Notes under the pieces: model-generated
The model's input: the letters and a program-made list of their open reading frames with translations, nothing else
Told to the model about the DNA's origin: nothing
Databases searched by the model: none
Shown: positions 15,199 through 27,323 of the stretch, piece after piece
How positions within the stretch are numbered: the first letter of the stretch is position 1
Layout of the letters: the number at the start of each line of letters is the position of its first letter
Translations under genes and position numbers: made by a program
Assembly: GCA_951406725.2 (NCBI GenBank)
Contig: OX597838.1
Coordinates: forward strand, 40,548,001-40,612,000
From: Octopus vulgaris
Taxonomy: Eukaryota
DNA length: 64,000 nt
Reading direction: 5' to 3'

Positions 15199-15489
15199 GG
15201 AGACGCAATGGCCCAGTGGGTAGGGCAGCGGACTCGCGGTCGTAGGATCGCGGTTTCGATTCCCAGACCGGGCGTTGTGAGTGCTTATTGAGCGAAAACA
15301 CCTAAAAGTTCCACGAGGCTCCGGCAGGGGGTGGTGATCCCTGCTGTACTCTTTCACCACTCTTTCTTCTGTTGGCCTGCTCGCTTAGCCAGCGGGGTGG
15401 CGTCATTCGAAGGCTAAAACAATGCGAACGCATTGTGACCAGCGATGTGTAACTACATCTGATGGACTGGTCGGTCACGTGATCACGTG
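15199..15489 (+). mobile_element. SINE family B with 12-bp TSD
   Basis: TSD ATATCAATATAT at 15185-15196 and 15490-15501. Ends in CACGTGATCACGTG. Confidence 0.92.
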
Positions 15490-15511
15490 ATATCAATATA
15501 TATAATTATAC

Positions 15512-15547
<36 letters not shown>

Positions 15548-16148
15548 TGTGTTTTTGTGTGTATTTCTGTTGTGTATGTCAATATATTTACAATATTAGC
15601 CACGAAACAGAGCCCCGATTAATTGTTGATTCGCTGTTCACTCTCTGTGACGGAATAATAACCATAAAGGAACTAAAGCGTGGGTTCATTATTCGTGTAT
15701 CTACCATACAGCGCCTGGCGCGAATTAAACCGTCAAAGCCTATTATATACATTCAATAGGACACCGTGAATATATTTTTCACTGCATTTCTCAGATGATA
15801 TATAAAATATTTCCTAACGAGGGTTAAAGGAATCGTTTGGTTTCTTACACCATTTCAAGCTGCTGCACACATAATATCCATTCACTCATGTGTAGCTAGA
15901 TTTGCAATGTAAATGTAAATTTATGAGATTAGACAAAATATGTAAAGTGATGCAAAAAAAAAAAGAAAATTTTAAAAGGTATTATATATATATATATATA
16001 TGCATACACACATGAATGGAGGTGGCTTTTCTGATATTTTTTCCACTTTAATAATTAGATGTTTAATTATTCAAGTGGAAAATTTATCGGAAACGCCATT
16101 TCTATTCATTTTTTTTCAAATATATTATACTCTATCAAGAACTTTCTA

Positions 16149-16200
<52 letters not shown>

Positions 16201-16378
16201 AATCGTCTACCAAACCCACTCACAAGGCTTTGGATGGCTTAGGGCTATTGTAGAAAAGACTTGCCCAAGCTGCCACGCAATGCGACTGTAGCTGGAATCA
16301 CGTGGTGGGGAAGCAAGCTTCTTCCTACACAGTTACGCCTGCAGATGCATATATATACACACATACACAAACACACAT

Positions 16379-16662
16379 AATGTCGCAAGCTGCCGAAAGA
16401 GTTTTCCCAGCCAGTATTTAGCTTTTTGTGTGGAGTCTCGAGAGCCGATGTTCCAGGGAAGGATTGTTTCACGTTCACTCGAACGTTTATAAAAACATTC
16501 TTATGACGTCAATAATATATTGGAGTGGCTGTGTGGTAAGTAGCTTGCTTACCAACCACATGGTTCCGGGTTCAGTCCCACTGCGTGGTATCTTGGGCAA
16601 GTGTCTTCTACTATAGCCTCTGGCTGACCAAAGCCTTGTGAGTGGATTTGGTAGACGGAAAC
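16379..16662 (+). repeat. Local duplication of 13428-13711 (unique flank plus SINE A 5' half)
   Basis: About 140 bp of non-SINE flank and the SINE head are nearly identical to the earlier copy. Confidence 0.88.
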
Positions 16663-17219
16663 AAACACACATACACACATACACAAACTCACATACAGAC
16701 ACGCGAGTGTGCGCGTGTGTGTTTGCACATACGAACACAGAAACGTATATTTATGAAGAAAGTGTATGAGTGCGCATCTTTTGAAAGTGTTACCTAAAAC
16801 AATCTTTAAAAACAATTAGTACAGACCTGGCAGGTGATATGGGGATATTTTTGTAAGCAGCCTCACGCTCAACATCAGGGTATCTAAGGTTTGAAAAAAC
16901 TTCACAGACTCTTTTCTCGGAATGCAAATCCACCTCAGCGGAATTTGAGCTCAGAACTTTTGAGTTCACACCCTGTTACCATTAAGTACTTCACCCCAAT
17001 CTCAGAATTCAACTTATTTAAACTGAGTGATATTTAAAAAAAACAATTAAAACTAAAACCAGAATCATGAAAAAAAGATATGAGAAAGTATTAGAATTGA
17101 TCGAGTTGAAGCAACTTGAAGATTTAGTCGAATATTTAGGAGAGGAAGGAATTGGATAACGATCGGAGGAGATGAAGGCGTAGGGGAAACATACACGGAA
17201 CATGACGTGAAGGTATCTG

Positions 17220-17540
17220 TATGTATATATACATATATGTATGTGAATGTATGTATGTATGCATATACATATATATGCATACACACACACACACACACAT
17301 ATATATATGCATATACATATATATGCATACACACACACATGTATGTATGTATGTATGTATATATGCATATACATATATATATGCATACACACACACATAC
17401 ACATATATATATACATATACATATATATGCATACACACACACACATATGCATACACACACACACATATATATATATGCATACAGACATATGTATGTGAAT
17501 GTATGTATGTATGTATATATATATATATATATATATATGC

Positions 17541-17581
<41 letters not shown>

Positions 17582-17622
17582 TATACATATATATGCATAC
17601 AGACATATATATATATATATAC
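17220..17622. repeat. Compound (TA)/(CA)/(TATG) microsatellite array
   Basis: Seen directly in the sequence. Confidence 0.95.
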
Positions 17623-18017
17623 TACTGGATATATATTGTTGGCATGTCCGTGTGTATGTACGCGTATACGTATCTATGTATGTTAACAGTTGTGTTTATG
17701 AATGTGTGTGTGTTGATATCGCTTCCCTGTCAGCATAAGTAGCAGCAGCAACAGCAGCAGCAGCAACACATTAATGCATTTACTTTAATTTACGGAAGAT
17801 TTTAGTTTCCGCATATCCAATATAACTTGGCTTACGTCATTAAGATATTGTATTAATTGTCGACCACACACATGCGCGCGCACATACACACACACACACA
17901 TCTACACATGGAAATGTACATGCATATGTAAGTGTATATATACATATATATATACGCACATGTATATGCATGTACATTTACATATATATATATGTGTATA
18001 TATATATTATATATGCG

Positions 18018-18054
<37 letters not shown>

Positions 18055-18373
18055 CAATGTATATATATATATGTACATTGGATGTATAGAGAGAGAGGCA
18101 GACAGACAGAGACAGAGATGGGGAAGAAGAAAGGGAGAGGGAAAGAGAGAGAGAGAGAGGTGAGTAAACTGTCAACCTTTGATATGAGAAGCATGTCCAC
18201 CACCTTACCCAACGTCTTCAGTTCTCTACCAGATAATGGCTTTCAGTGTGAAAAATATAATTAAATACACTTTACAGCTCCTCCATTAATGCGTGTGTTT
18301 GTATATATGTATGTATGTATGTATGTGTGCGTGTGTGTATCTGTGTGTATGCGTGTGCGCGCATATAATGTAA

Positions 18374-18789
18374 TACTCTTTTACTCTTTTACATGATTCA
18401 GTCATTTTGACTGCGGCCATGCTGGAGCACCGCCCTCAATCGAGCAAGTCGACCCCGGGACCCATTCCTTTGCAAGCCCAGTACTTACTCTATCGGTCTC
18501 CCCTGCCGAACCGCCAAGTGACGGGGACGTAAACACACCAGCATCGGTTGTCAAACAATGCTAGGGGGACAGACACAGACACACAAACATACACGCACAC
18601 ACATATATATATATATACATATATACGACGGGCTTCTTTCAGTTTCTGTCTACCAAATCCACTCACAAGGCATTGGTCGGCCCGGGGCTATAGCAGAAGA
18701 CACATGCCCAAGGTGCCACGCAGTGGGACTGAACCCGGAACCATGTGGTTGGTTAGCAAGCTACTTACCACACAGCCACTTCTGCGCCT
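18374..18789 (-). mobile_element. SINE family A, full length
   Basis: Reverse complement of the family A pattern. Confidence 0.92.
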
Positions 18790-19128
18790 AATGTGGATTC
18801 GATAACAAAAATGACGAGAAGAAAAAAAAAACTGGTAAAGCGAAGCATCTGAAATTTTCTGCACTGTCGGTCAAAGTGAATCGGCAGAGATGAAGACTTT
18901 TTGCGCAGCTGATTCATAAGTTGTTTTGGTTTCTGTCGTTGTGTAGGGAGCTGCATGTCAAAGAACAAAGCCAACGTTTTCTCCTTGTGTTTTGAAAGGC
19001 GACTATAAAGGTTTCCGGTAAGATTTGCACACCAATCTCGAACAAACATCAACAGCCACTACCCATCATCACCATTTAAAGCCTGTTTTCCGGTCTAGCA
19101 TGAGTTAGACCTCATATATATATATATA

Positions 19129-19469
19129 CTAGCAGTATCGCCCGGCGTTGCTCGGGTTTGTAAGGGAAATAACTATATAAGCATTTTTAGAGAGTTATAG
19201 CCAAAAAATAGCAAAAACATGCATTAAAAATGGGAAAAAAATGATAGTAAATTTTTTTTTAAATCGTTGACTCATTGTAGACATTTTTAGAGAGTTACTT
19301 CTCTTATATAATATCGAAAAAAGCATTGAAAATGGAAAAAAATGATGGTAATTTTTTTTTTTAATCGTAGACTCATCGTAGACGCGCGCTAATACCCAGA
19401 AGGGCTCGATATGAATCACGACTATAAGATACCCGGTTTTGGTTAAACTGCACGGCAAAATGTGGGAGT
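19129..19469 (-). mobile_element. Non-autonomous Helitron 3' portion
   Basis: On the minus strand, hairpin CCCGAGCAACGCCGGG followed by a CTAG-3' terminus in an AT tract. Same family as 46174-46557. Confidence 0.8.
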
Positions 19470-19632
19470 ATGTATGTATGTATGTATGTATGTATGTATG
19501 TATGTATGTATGTATGTATGTATGCATGTATGTATATATACAAACATATGTGTATATGCAAACGGCAAGACCCACTCCGGACTCAGGGGACATTTGAAAA
19601 CCACACAACTTGACTTTTATATATAAAGATAT

Positions 19633-19942
19633 GGAGGCGCAATGGCCCAGTGGTTAGGGCAGCGGACTCGCGGTCGTAGGATCGCAGTTTCGATTCCCAG
19701 ACCGGGCGTTGTGAATGTTTATTGAGCGAAAACACCAAAAGACCCACGAGGCTCCGGCAGGGGGTGGTGGCGATCCCTGCTGTACTCTTTCGCCACAACT
19801 TTCTCTCACTCTTTCTTCTGTTGGCCTGCTCGCTTAGCCAGCGGGGTGGCATCACTTGAAGGCTAAAAGAATGCAAAGCGCATTGTGACCAGCGATGTGT
19901 AGCAACATCTGATAGCCTGGTCGGTTACGTGATCACGTGATA
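19633..19942 (+). mobile_element. SINE family B, full length
   Basis: A and B boxes, body and CACGTGA tail as in the other copies. Confidence 0.92.
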
Positions 19943-19944
19943 TA

Positions 19945-19980
<36 letters not shown>

Positions 19981-20242
19981 TGTATGTATGTATGGATGTA
20001 TGTATGTATGTATGCATGTATGTATATATACAAACACACATGTGTATATGCAAACGGCAAGACCCGCTCCGGACTCAGGGGACATTTGAAAACCCATAGC
20101 GATCCTGTATCTGAGAAGCGTAACCGCTAGACAAATTTTGTAAGCCCCTCACCAACTTCATGGCTCACTGTCGATCTCACGTTCGTACGACCAATCACTT
20201 GTAAGTCAACTTCTCAGCGATGGCCATGCTGTACGTATATAT

Positions 20243-20273
<31 letters not shown>

Positions 20274-20834
20274 CATACATACATACATACATACATACAT
20301 ACATACATACATACATACATACACGCATACACATATTTGTAAACATACAAGCATAAATATACTTAAGCATACATACATATGGATATACATATACATATGT
20401 CTCTCTCTCTATATATATATATGTATGTATGTATGAACGTATATGTGCATGTATATGTAAGTGTCTAAGTATCTAACGACAGATAGATTGTTACATACCC
20501 ATATGTACCTATGTCTGTATACAGTAACTGTTATTTAATGGCATTTTCTGTTAACATGACCCCAGAAGCTTCAATGAAGCAATAATTAAACTCTCCGTAT
20601 CGAATTGTCAGATACAAATTATGGTGCTGTCAAGCATCAATATTGATATCTTGCACAATTAATTCCAGCTGCAAGCAGATAATTTTCCTCTTAAATAGAA
20701 TTACATCCTCTGGCCGCCTCCTACTGCTGTATGCCAATGCAAACTTTCATATCTCTCTCCTCTTTTCTATCTATCTTTGCTTATGTATGTATGTAAGTAG
20801 CTATCTATCTCTATCTATATATATATATATATAT

Positions 20835-21280
20835 ACTCTTTTACTTGTTTCAGTCATTTGACTGCGGCCATGCTGGATCACCGCCTTTAGTCGAGCAAAT
20901 CGACCCCGGGACTTATTCTTTGTAAGCCCAGTACTTATTTTATCGGTCTCTTTTGCTGAACCGCTAAGTGACGGGGACGTAAACACACCAGCATCGGTTG
21001 TCAAGCAATGCTAAGGGGACAAACACAGACACACAAACATATACACACACACATATATATATACATATATACGACAGGCTTCTTTCAGTTTCCGTCTACC
21101 AAATCCACTCACAAGGCATTGGTCGGCCCGGGGCTATAGCAGAAGACACTTGCTCAAGATGCCACGCAGTGGGACTGAACACAGAACCATGTGGTTGGTT
21201 AGCAAGCTACTTACCACACAGCCACTCCTGCGCCTATCACAGCCACTCCTGCGCCTATAAACAGCCACTCCTGCACCTAT
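20835..21280 (-). mobile_element. SINE family A with triplicated 5' terminus
   Basis: ACAGCCACTCCTGC(G/A)CCTAT occurs three times at 21217-21280. Confidence 0.92.
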
Positions 21281-21291
21281 ATATATAAATA

Positions 21292-21800
21292 CTAGCTTAA
21301 AGTGACCCGCTCTATGCGCGGGTGACACACACACGCACACGCACACACATATATATATAAATTAACCCAATAAATATCTGATTCATAATATTTGTTCTCA
21401 TGATTGTGTGGTAGTTGTGGCGATAATAAAACACTCTATGAATGCAGACAGACGTACAGAGAGAGAGAGGGGGAGGTGGTGAGGGAAAGAGTGACAGCGC
21501 TGGCGAAGGCGGTGGGGGAAAGATAGCAGTAGCTGTCAAACGCCGTTATGGAGAGAAAGTGAAAGGTAGGGAGGAAAGAGAGAGAGAGGGAGGAATAAAG
21601 GCAGATAAGAGAATGAGAGAATTTTGCCCTAGTAACCACAGCTTTTAAGATAGTGATTTCTAACCTAGTCCACTTACATCCGCGCCTCTTTTTACATGTC
21701 CCTGTAAATTTTGGAGCGAATCCGACGGGATCTAATGCCCTTTAACCCGTTCCAATGCCAAAACCAGACAAACAAACTTTTCGCATTTCAGATTTATATA
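21292..21800 (-). mobile_element. Non-autonomous Helitron (second family), copy 1
   Basis: Minus-strand 3' end ACCCGCGCATAGAGCGGGT hairpin followed by CTAG. CAGACAAACAAAC and a TA-rich 5' end. Confidence 0.65.
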
Positions 21801-21804
21801 TATA

Positions 21805-22580
21805 CTAGCTGAAGGTGATCCGCTCTACGCGCGGGTGAGAGTGTGGTTGTTACTTTCTGTTGCTTCCATTCTGTTTTTTATCACCACATTCTCCCTCTTT
21901 GTTTCTCTCTCCTTTCTCTCTCACTTTCCCACTCTCTTACTCTTCCTTTCTCTCGGACTCTCCTTCGCTTTCTCTTACCCTCTATCTTTCTCTATCTATC
22001 TGTCTCCCATTTATAAACAACCAAAGATCTTGAGTAAGTTGAGAAAGAATATATTTTGAAAGATGAATCATAAATATCAGGCAGTGACAACGGAAAGGTC
22101 TGCTTCAAGGCAGACAGCAAAAAACTAACATTTAAAAGAAACAAACTTGCGAGCTGAAAACAAAAATATTGGAAACCAAAGTTTGAAGGGATAGAATCTG
22201 AGGATAGTAGAGTCACTATGGCTGGCATTTCTTAACGACGGACAGCAACGTAGTGGCAGTTTAACGGCTGGCGAAAAAATTTGAACTTGATATAAAAGAA
22301 AATTCCTAAACACCAAGTTTTGAAGTGATTCTTTCTAACGACAGCAGACTCACCATAGCAAGCATTCAAAACTTCTTCATCATAGATGGCAATACATTGA
22401 CGATTTAAAGGCTGGCGCAAATTTTTTAGTTTGATGTAACAGAGAATTCCTAAACACCCGCTCCTGTAAATTTTAATTCCCTTCCAGCCCCATTTAGACC
22501 CCATTTTGGTTAATATAACCCGATTTCATTCGGGTCTACTCGGGCCACATTTTATAAGATGAGGAATTTTGACCTAGAGG
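21805..22580 (-). mobile_element. Non-autonomous Helitron (second family), copy 2, head-to-tail with copy 1
   Basis: CTAGCTGAAGGTGATCCGCTCTACGCGCGGGTG mirrors the terminus at 21292. Contains an internal imperfect tandem repeat of about 150 bp at 22230-22460. The far boundary is uncertain. Confidence 0.55.
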
Positions 22581-22647
22581 TCAGGCCTTTCATTTGAGGA
22601 AAAAAAATAGTTGCCATGCAAACTCGCCAGCACTTTTAACATAGGTG

Positions 22648-23378
22648 TGCATGTTGTCTCCAAGTGAAGTCTTCTTGCGCCTACAGAGTATCTCAACAGG
22701 CATGATAGAGCAGCACAATATATTCACTGGGTAATTTGCAAAAACCTGGACCTGCCCCATGATAAAATCTGGTGGGAACACAATCCACTTCCAGTGCTTG
22801 AAAATGACCACATTTCACTCCTCTGGAACTTCACCATTCAAACTGACAGAAAGATAGACGCGAATAGGCCAGACATCATAGTAAAAGACTTCAGACAAAA
22901 AACATGCCTCCTCATTGATATGACTGTCCCAATCGATATAAACGTATCTGTCAAGACCTACCAGAAACTATAATATAAAGATCTGGAAATAGAAATCAGC
23001 AAAATGTGGAACCTGAAGACTAAAGTAATACCTGTTGTTATAGGTGCCCTGGGAATGATAGCAAAAGGGGCTGATTGCTACCAAACTCAGATACCAGGAA
23101 ACCCCAAAATGGCAGAAATTCAAAAGATATTGCTCATGTGAACTGCCCATAACCTATGCAAAATACTTTCTATGTAATCTCAAGTTTTAAAACAAACATA
23201 ATTTTCGTATGGTTTTTTAGGCACTCACTAATACAACACTAAGTACAAAACCAAATATATGGCACACTAGGCATAACAACAACATGAACTTCCAACGTGT
23301 TGTCTCTAGAGGTCTCTGGGTGAGACTTGGAGCCAGCTTGTGCAAATGTAAAGCAAAAGTCAAACATAGAATAATAAC

Positions 23379-23451
<73 letters not shown>
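22648..23451 (+). mobile_element. R4/Dong-clade RLE LINE 3' fragment (family 1) with (TAA)n tail
   Basis: HVVS..LAPTEYLNRHD..IHWVICK..LWNFTIQTDRKIDANRPDII..LIDMTVP: the CCHC/RHD region and PD-(D/E)xK endonuclease. Confidence 0.9.
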
Positions 23452-23452
<1 letters not shown>

Positions 23453-24070
23453 GATGTATTTTGACTCGATATTATCTCCACCTCTAACACAACACATGTA
23501 AACATGCGTGGAACAACACGATCATCCCCGACCTCAAACACCATGTACAAAGAACTACGAAGAAATTAAATGCCACCGATACTATTCAACCCAAGAATAA
23601 CAATCCAGCGGTACGTACATTAAACCTACAACAAAAAATGCACGAAAAACTACACGTGCGAAATAATGTGACAACAGAAATAAACGGACCGGTACCCTAC
23701 GAAAATGACGACCGTCAAAATAATGGGCCGGACGTTGTACCTCATGTCCCGCAATTAAAACCCAAAAGACGTAAATGGACACGTGAGGAATACATTTCTA
23801 TCTTACACGCATACTTCACAGCAATGCTCTACCCACAAAATGAAAATACAACAACACATACATATAAAATATGAAAGGAAAATAATAGAGATATAGACTT
23901 GGATACAACAATGATACAGAAAATTGCACTACTAGGCACTGCACACATCCTACGCAGAACACTTTCCATACAATAACCATCAGAGCATCACAACAAATCA
24001 CAGCACATACCCAAGGCACACAGAGCTGCGCTCGGTAGTGAAGTGAAAGCACGCTATAAAAATAAAACTA

Positions 24071-24141
<71 letters not shown>
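23452..24141 (+). mobile_element. Internally deleted R4/Dong element (family 2): 5' end fused to 3' end, (TAA)n tail
   Basis: N-terminal KPKRRKWTREEYISILHAYF motif joins directly to IQKIALLGTAHILRRTLS* and the 3' UTR. Confidence 0.8.
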
Positions 24142-24144
<3 letters not shown>

Positions 24145-24481
24145 ATTTTAACAAAATACAAAGACCTGGAAATAGAGGTAACCAGAAAGTGGAATCTAAA
24201 AACAGAAACAATTCCTATCATAGCAGGTGCATTAGGCATGATAAAAAAATATTCAGACAAATACATAACAAAAACACCAGGACTTACAAACACATGTAAC
24301 ATACAGAAAATTACACTACTAGGCACTGCACACATCCTACGCAGAACACTTTCCATACAATAACCATCAGAGCATCACAACAAATCACAGCACATACCCA
24401 AGGCACACAGAGCTGCGCTCGGTAGTGAAGTGAAAGCACGCTATAAAAATAAAACTACTGAATGATGATAATAATAATAAT
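24142..24481 (+). mobile_element. R4/Dong family 2, 5'-truncated 3' end
   Basis: KYKDLEIEVTRKWNLKTETIPIIAGALG..QKITLLGTAHILRRTLS*. The 3' UTR is near-identical to 23912-24073. Confidence 0.9.
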
Positions 24482-24519
24482 AGTGATAACAACAACAACA
24501 AAAGAAGATACAGGTGAGG

Positions 24520-25425
24520 TTAAACATACTCTCCGGGGACATTTCTGTGTTAGACTGAAAAGAGAAGAGGGAGCTCAAGAGTGAACAAAATACAGGGTAC
24601 TGAACAGGAAGTATGATATGGAAAAAAAGGGGCCTGAAAGTGGTGATGGAGGAACTGAAACAACACTTGGTTACAAAGAAGGCAAAGATGATAAGATATG
24701 ACTAAAGAATGAATGGATACCAGCAGGATAGGTTATTCAGAATAGATCAGAAGAGATTCTACAGATATAAATGGAGAGTGTACAGATGAAATGTTGATAC
24801 CAGCTAACATTGAAAGTCAAAGGTTTTGGAGTGATATCTGGAGCAAAGATAAGGAGCACAAGAAGGATGCTGAATGGGTGCAAGAACTGAAACAAACAGT
24901 AGTCTGTTGACAATAGGCAGAACTAGTCATTTCAGTTACGGATGTGGAGGAAATCGGCAAAAGAAAAAAATAGGCAACTGGAAGGTCCCGGGACCAGAGG
25001 GAGTTCAAGGCTACTGGATCAAAAGATTTCGTGAATGTCATGCATGAATAGCTGCACAACTCAACACCTTGTTAAATGCCAATCAAGTAACACCAGAGTG
25101 GTTGACATTGGGTGGGTATTGCTGTACTTGAAAAACATCGAAAAAGGAAATACGATTATTGTAAGGCGTACGATATGAGGAATGTTGGAACCTATTGCAT
25201 CGAATGTTGAGCGATTGCTTGTAAAAAGTATGGCGAAGTGGTGGATGGAACTGACAGCATAAACAGTTTTGTCTATCAGGAGTTGAACAAATAGGGGCTG
25301 CAATAAGGGTGTAGAACTTGCAGAAAACAGCAGTGCTTGGAACCGCTCCAATACTCCGAACGGTACTCGAAAAAATAAGGACTGTTACCTTAGTTCACTG
25401 GTAGTGAACAGCTGACACCGAAGAA
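24520..25425 (+). mobile_element. Degraded, internally deleted R4/Dong element (family 3)
   Basis: Fragments QQDRLFRIDQKRFY, FWSDIWS, NWKVPGPEGVQGYWIK, PEWLTLG, DYCKAYD, LQKTAVLGTAPILRTVL*. Confidence 0.8.
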
Positions 25426-25445
25426 GCTGTACAAAGAAGAAGAAC

Positions 25446-27322
25446 ATTTTCCAGGGTGACTCTCTATCACCATTCCTCTTTTGTCAAGCTTCAATGCCTC
25501 TCTCGATTTTGCTCGATGATGTACAATGCGGCTATAAAATGTTTGATAAAAATATAAATCATCTCATTTACATGGATGATTTAAAGCTCTTTGCAAAAAA
25601 TGACCAACAACTACAGGGCATACTAGCAATTGTTAAACAATTCAGTAATGACATCAGAATGAAATTTGGCCTCGATAAATGTGCAAAAGCTACCTTTACC
25701 AAACAAAAAGTGACAGACATCCAACGTTAATCTTGACCAGTAGAATGTCATAAAGGAGTTAGAACCAGCGGAGAGCTACAAATACTTCCGGGTATTTGAA
25801 GATGATGGAATCAAACATTTAGTGGTGAAGTAAAAGGATTAGAAGAGAATGCTATCGCAAGGAAAGAGCAAGACAGAGATGAATGCAAGAAACAGGATCG
25901 AAGCGATCAATACTTTAGCCATACTGGTCGTGACTTTCAGTTTCAATATCATTAACTGATCAATCACTGAAATATGTAATCTTGACAGAAAAATACGAAA
26001 ATTGTTTACAATGCATAGAAAGCACCACCCTAAGGCAGGTATAGAACGACTTTACCTACCAAGAAAAGAGGGTGGCCGTGGACTTTTACAACTTGAATTA
26101 ACAACGAAGATTGTCACAATTGGCCTAAACACCTACCTGAAAAACTCAGATGACTGGATGTTAAAACTTGTCTCAAAGCATGAAAACAAGAAAGCATTAT
26201 ACTCAGTAACAAAACAGGCAAAGGAATATGTAAGTGAATTCCAAATACAACAAATTCCAGAATTAGACGTACTGGAATCAAGCACAGAAAAAGCTAAGCG
26301 TATGACAATATTGACAATATTGACAATATTGTATGACTTGTAAATGGCAAAGAAAACATTTCAATGGCAAATACCCAGAGAGCTAATAATGTCGATGCTG
26401 ACAGAGCCCTTACCCATCAATGGTTAGTGTCTTCTGGCTTAAAATCAGAAACAGAAGGGTTTATCATAGCAGCCCAAGATCAGTGCCTATCTATAAAGAG
26501 CTTCGAGGCCAACATATTAAAGAACGGCAGTAGCCCAACATATCGTATCAACAACAAAATGAAACCATTGATCATGTTGTCTCCAAGTGCAGTCTTCTTG
26601 CGCCTACAGAGTATCTCAACAGGCATGATAGATTAGCACAGTATATTCACTGAATAATTCGTAAAAACCTGGACCTGCCCCATGATAAAATCTGGTGGGA
26701 ACACAAACCACCACCAGTGCTTGAAAATGATCACATCTCACTCCTCTGGAACTTCACCATTCAAACTGACAGAAAGATAGATGCAAATAGGCCAGACATC
26801 ATATTGAAAGACTTCAGACAAAGAACATGCCTCCTCATTGATATGACTGTCCCAATCGATATAAACGTATCTGTCAAGACCTACCAAAAACTGAGCAAGT
26901 ATAAAGATCTTGAAATAGAAATTAGCAATATATGGAACTTGAAGTCTAAAACAATACCTGTTGTTATAGCTGTCATAAGAATGATAGCAAAAGGGGCTGA
27001 TTGCTACCTGACTCAAATACCAGTAAATCCCAAAATGGCAGAATTCAAAAGATAGTGCTCATGGAAAGTGCCCATATCCTACGCAAAATACTTTGTATGT
27101 ATTTCAAATTTTAAAACAAACACACAATTTTCTTATGCTTTCTTAAACATTCTCTAGAACAACACTATGTACAGGACCAAATATATGGCACCCTAGGCAT
27201 AACACCAACACGAACTTCTAATTTATTGTCTCTTGAGGTCTCTGGGTGAGACTTGGAGCCTAGTTGTACAAATGTAAAGTAAAAGCCAAACATAAAATAA
27301 TAATAATAGTAATAATAATAAT
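25446..27322 (+). mobile_element. R4/Dong family 1, about 1.85-kb 3' part (RT, CCHC, RLE; many stops) with (TAA)n tail
   Basis: IFQGDSLSP, NHLIYMDDLKL, MKFGLDKCA, RLYLPRKEGGRGL, ETEGFIIAAQDQ, RPDIILKD..LIDMTVP. Its 3' part closely matches 22648-23369. Confidence 0.93.
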
Positions 27323-27323
27323 A

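Noticed and set aside
15199-15275. tRNA-Arg-like sequence (also at 8016, 13160, 19633 and 54820)
   Set aside because: The acceptor stem is imperfect and always continues into the same SINE body, so these are SINE heads rather than tRNA genes.
23370-24481. Regularly spaced repeats suggesting a CRISPR-like array
   Set aside because: Eukaryotic context; the repeats are LINE 3' ends and (TAA)n tails.
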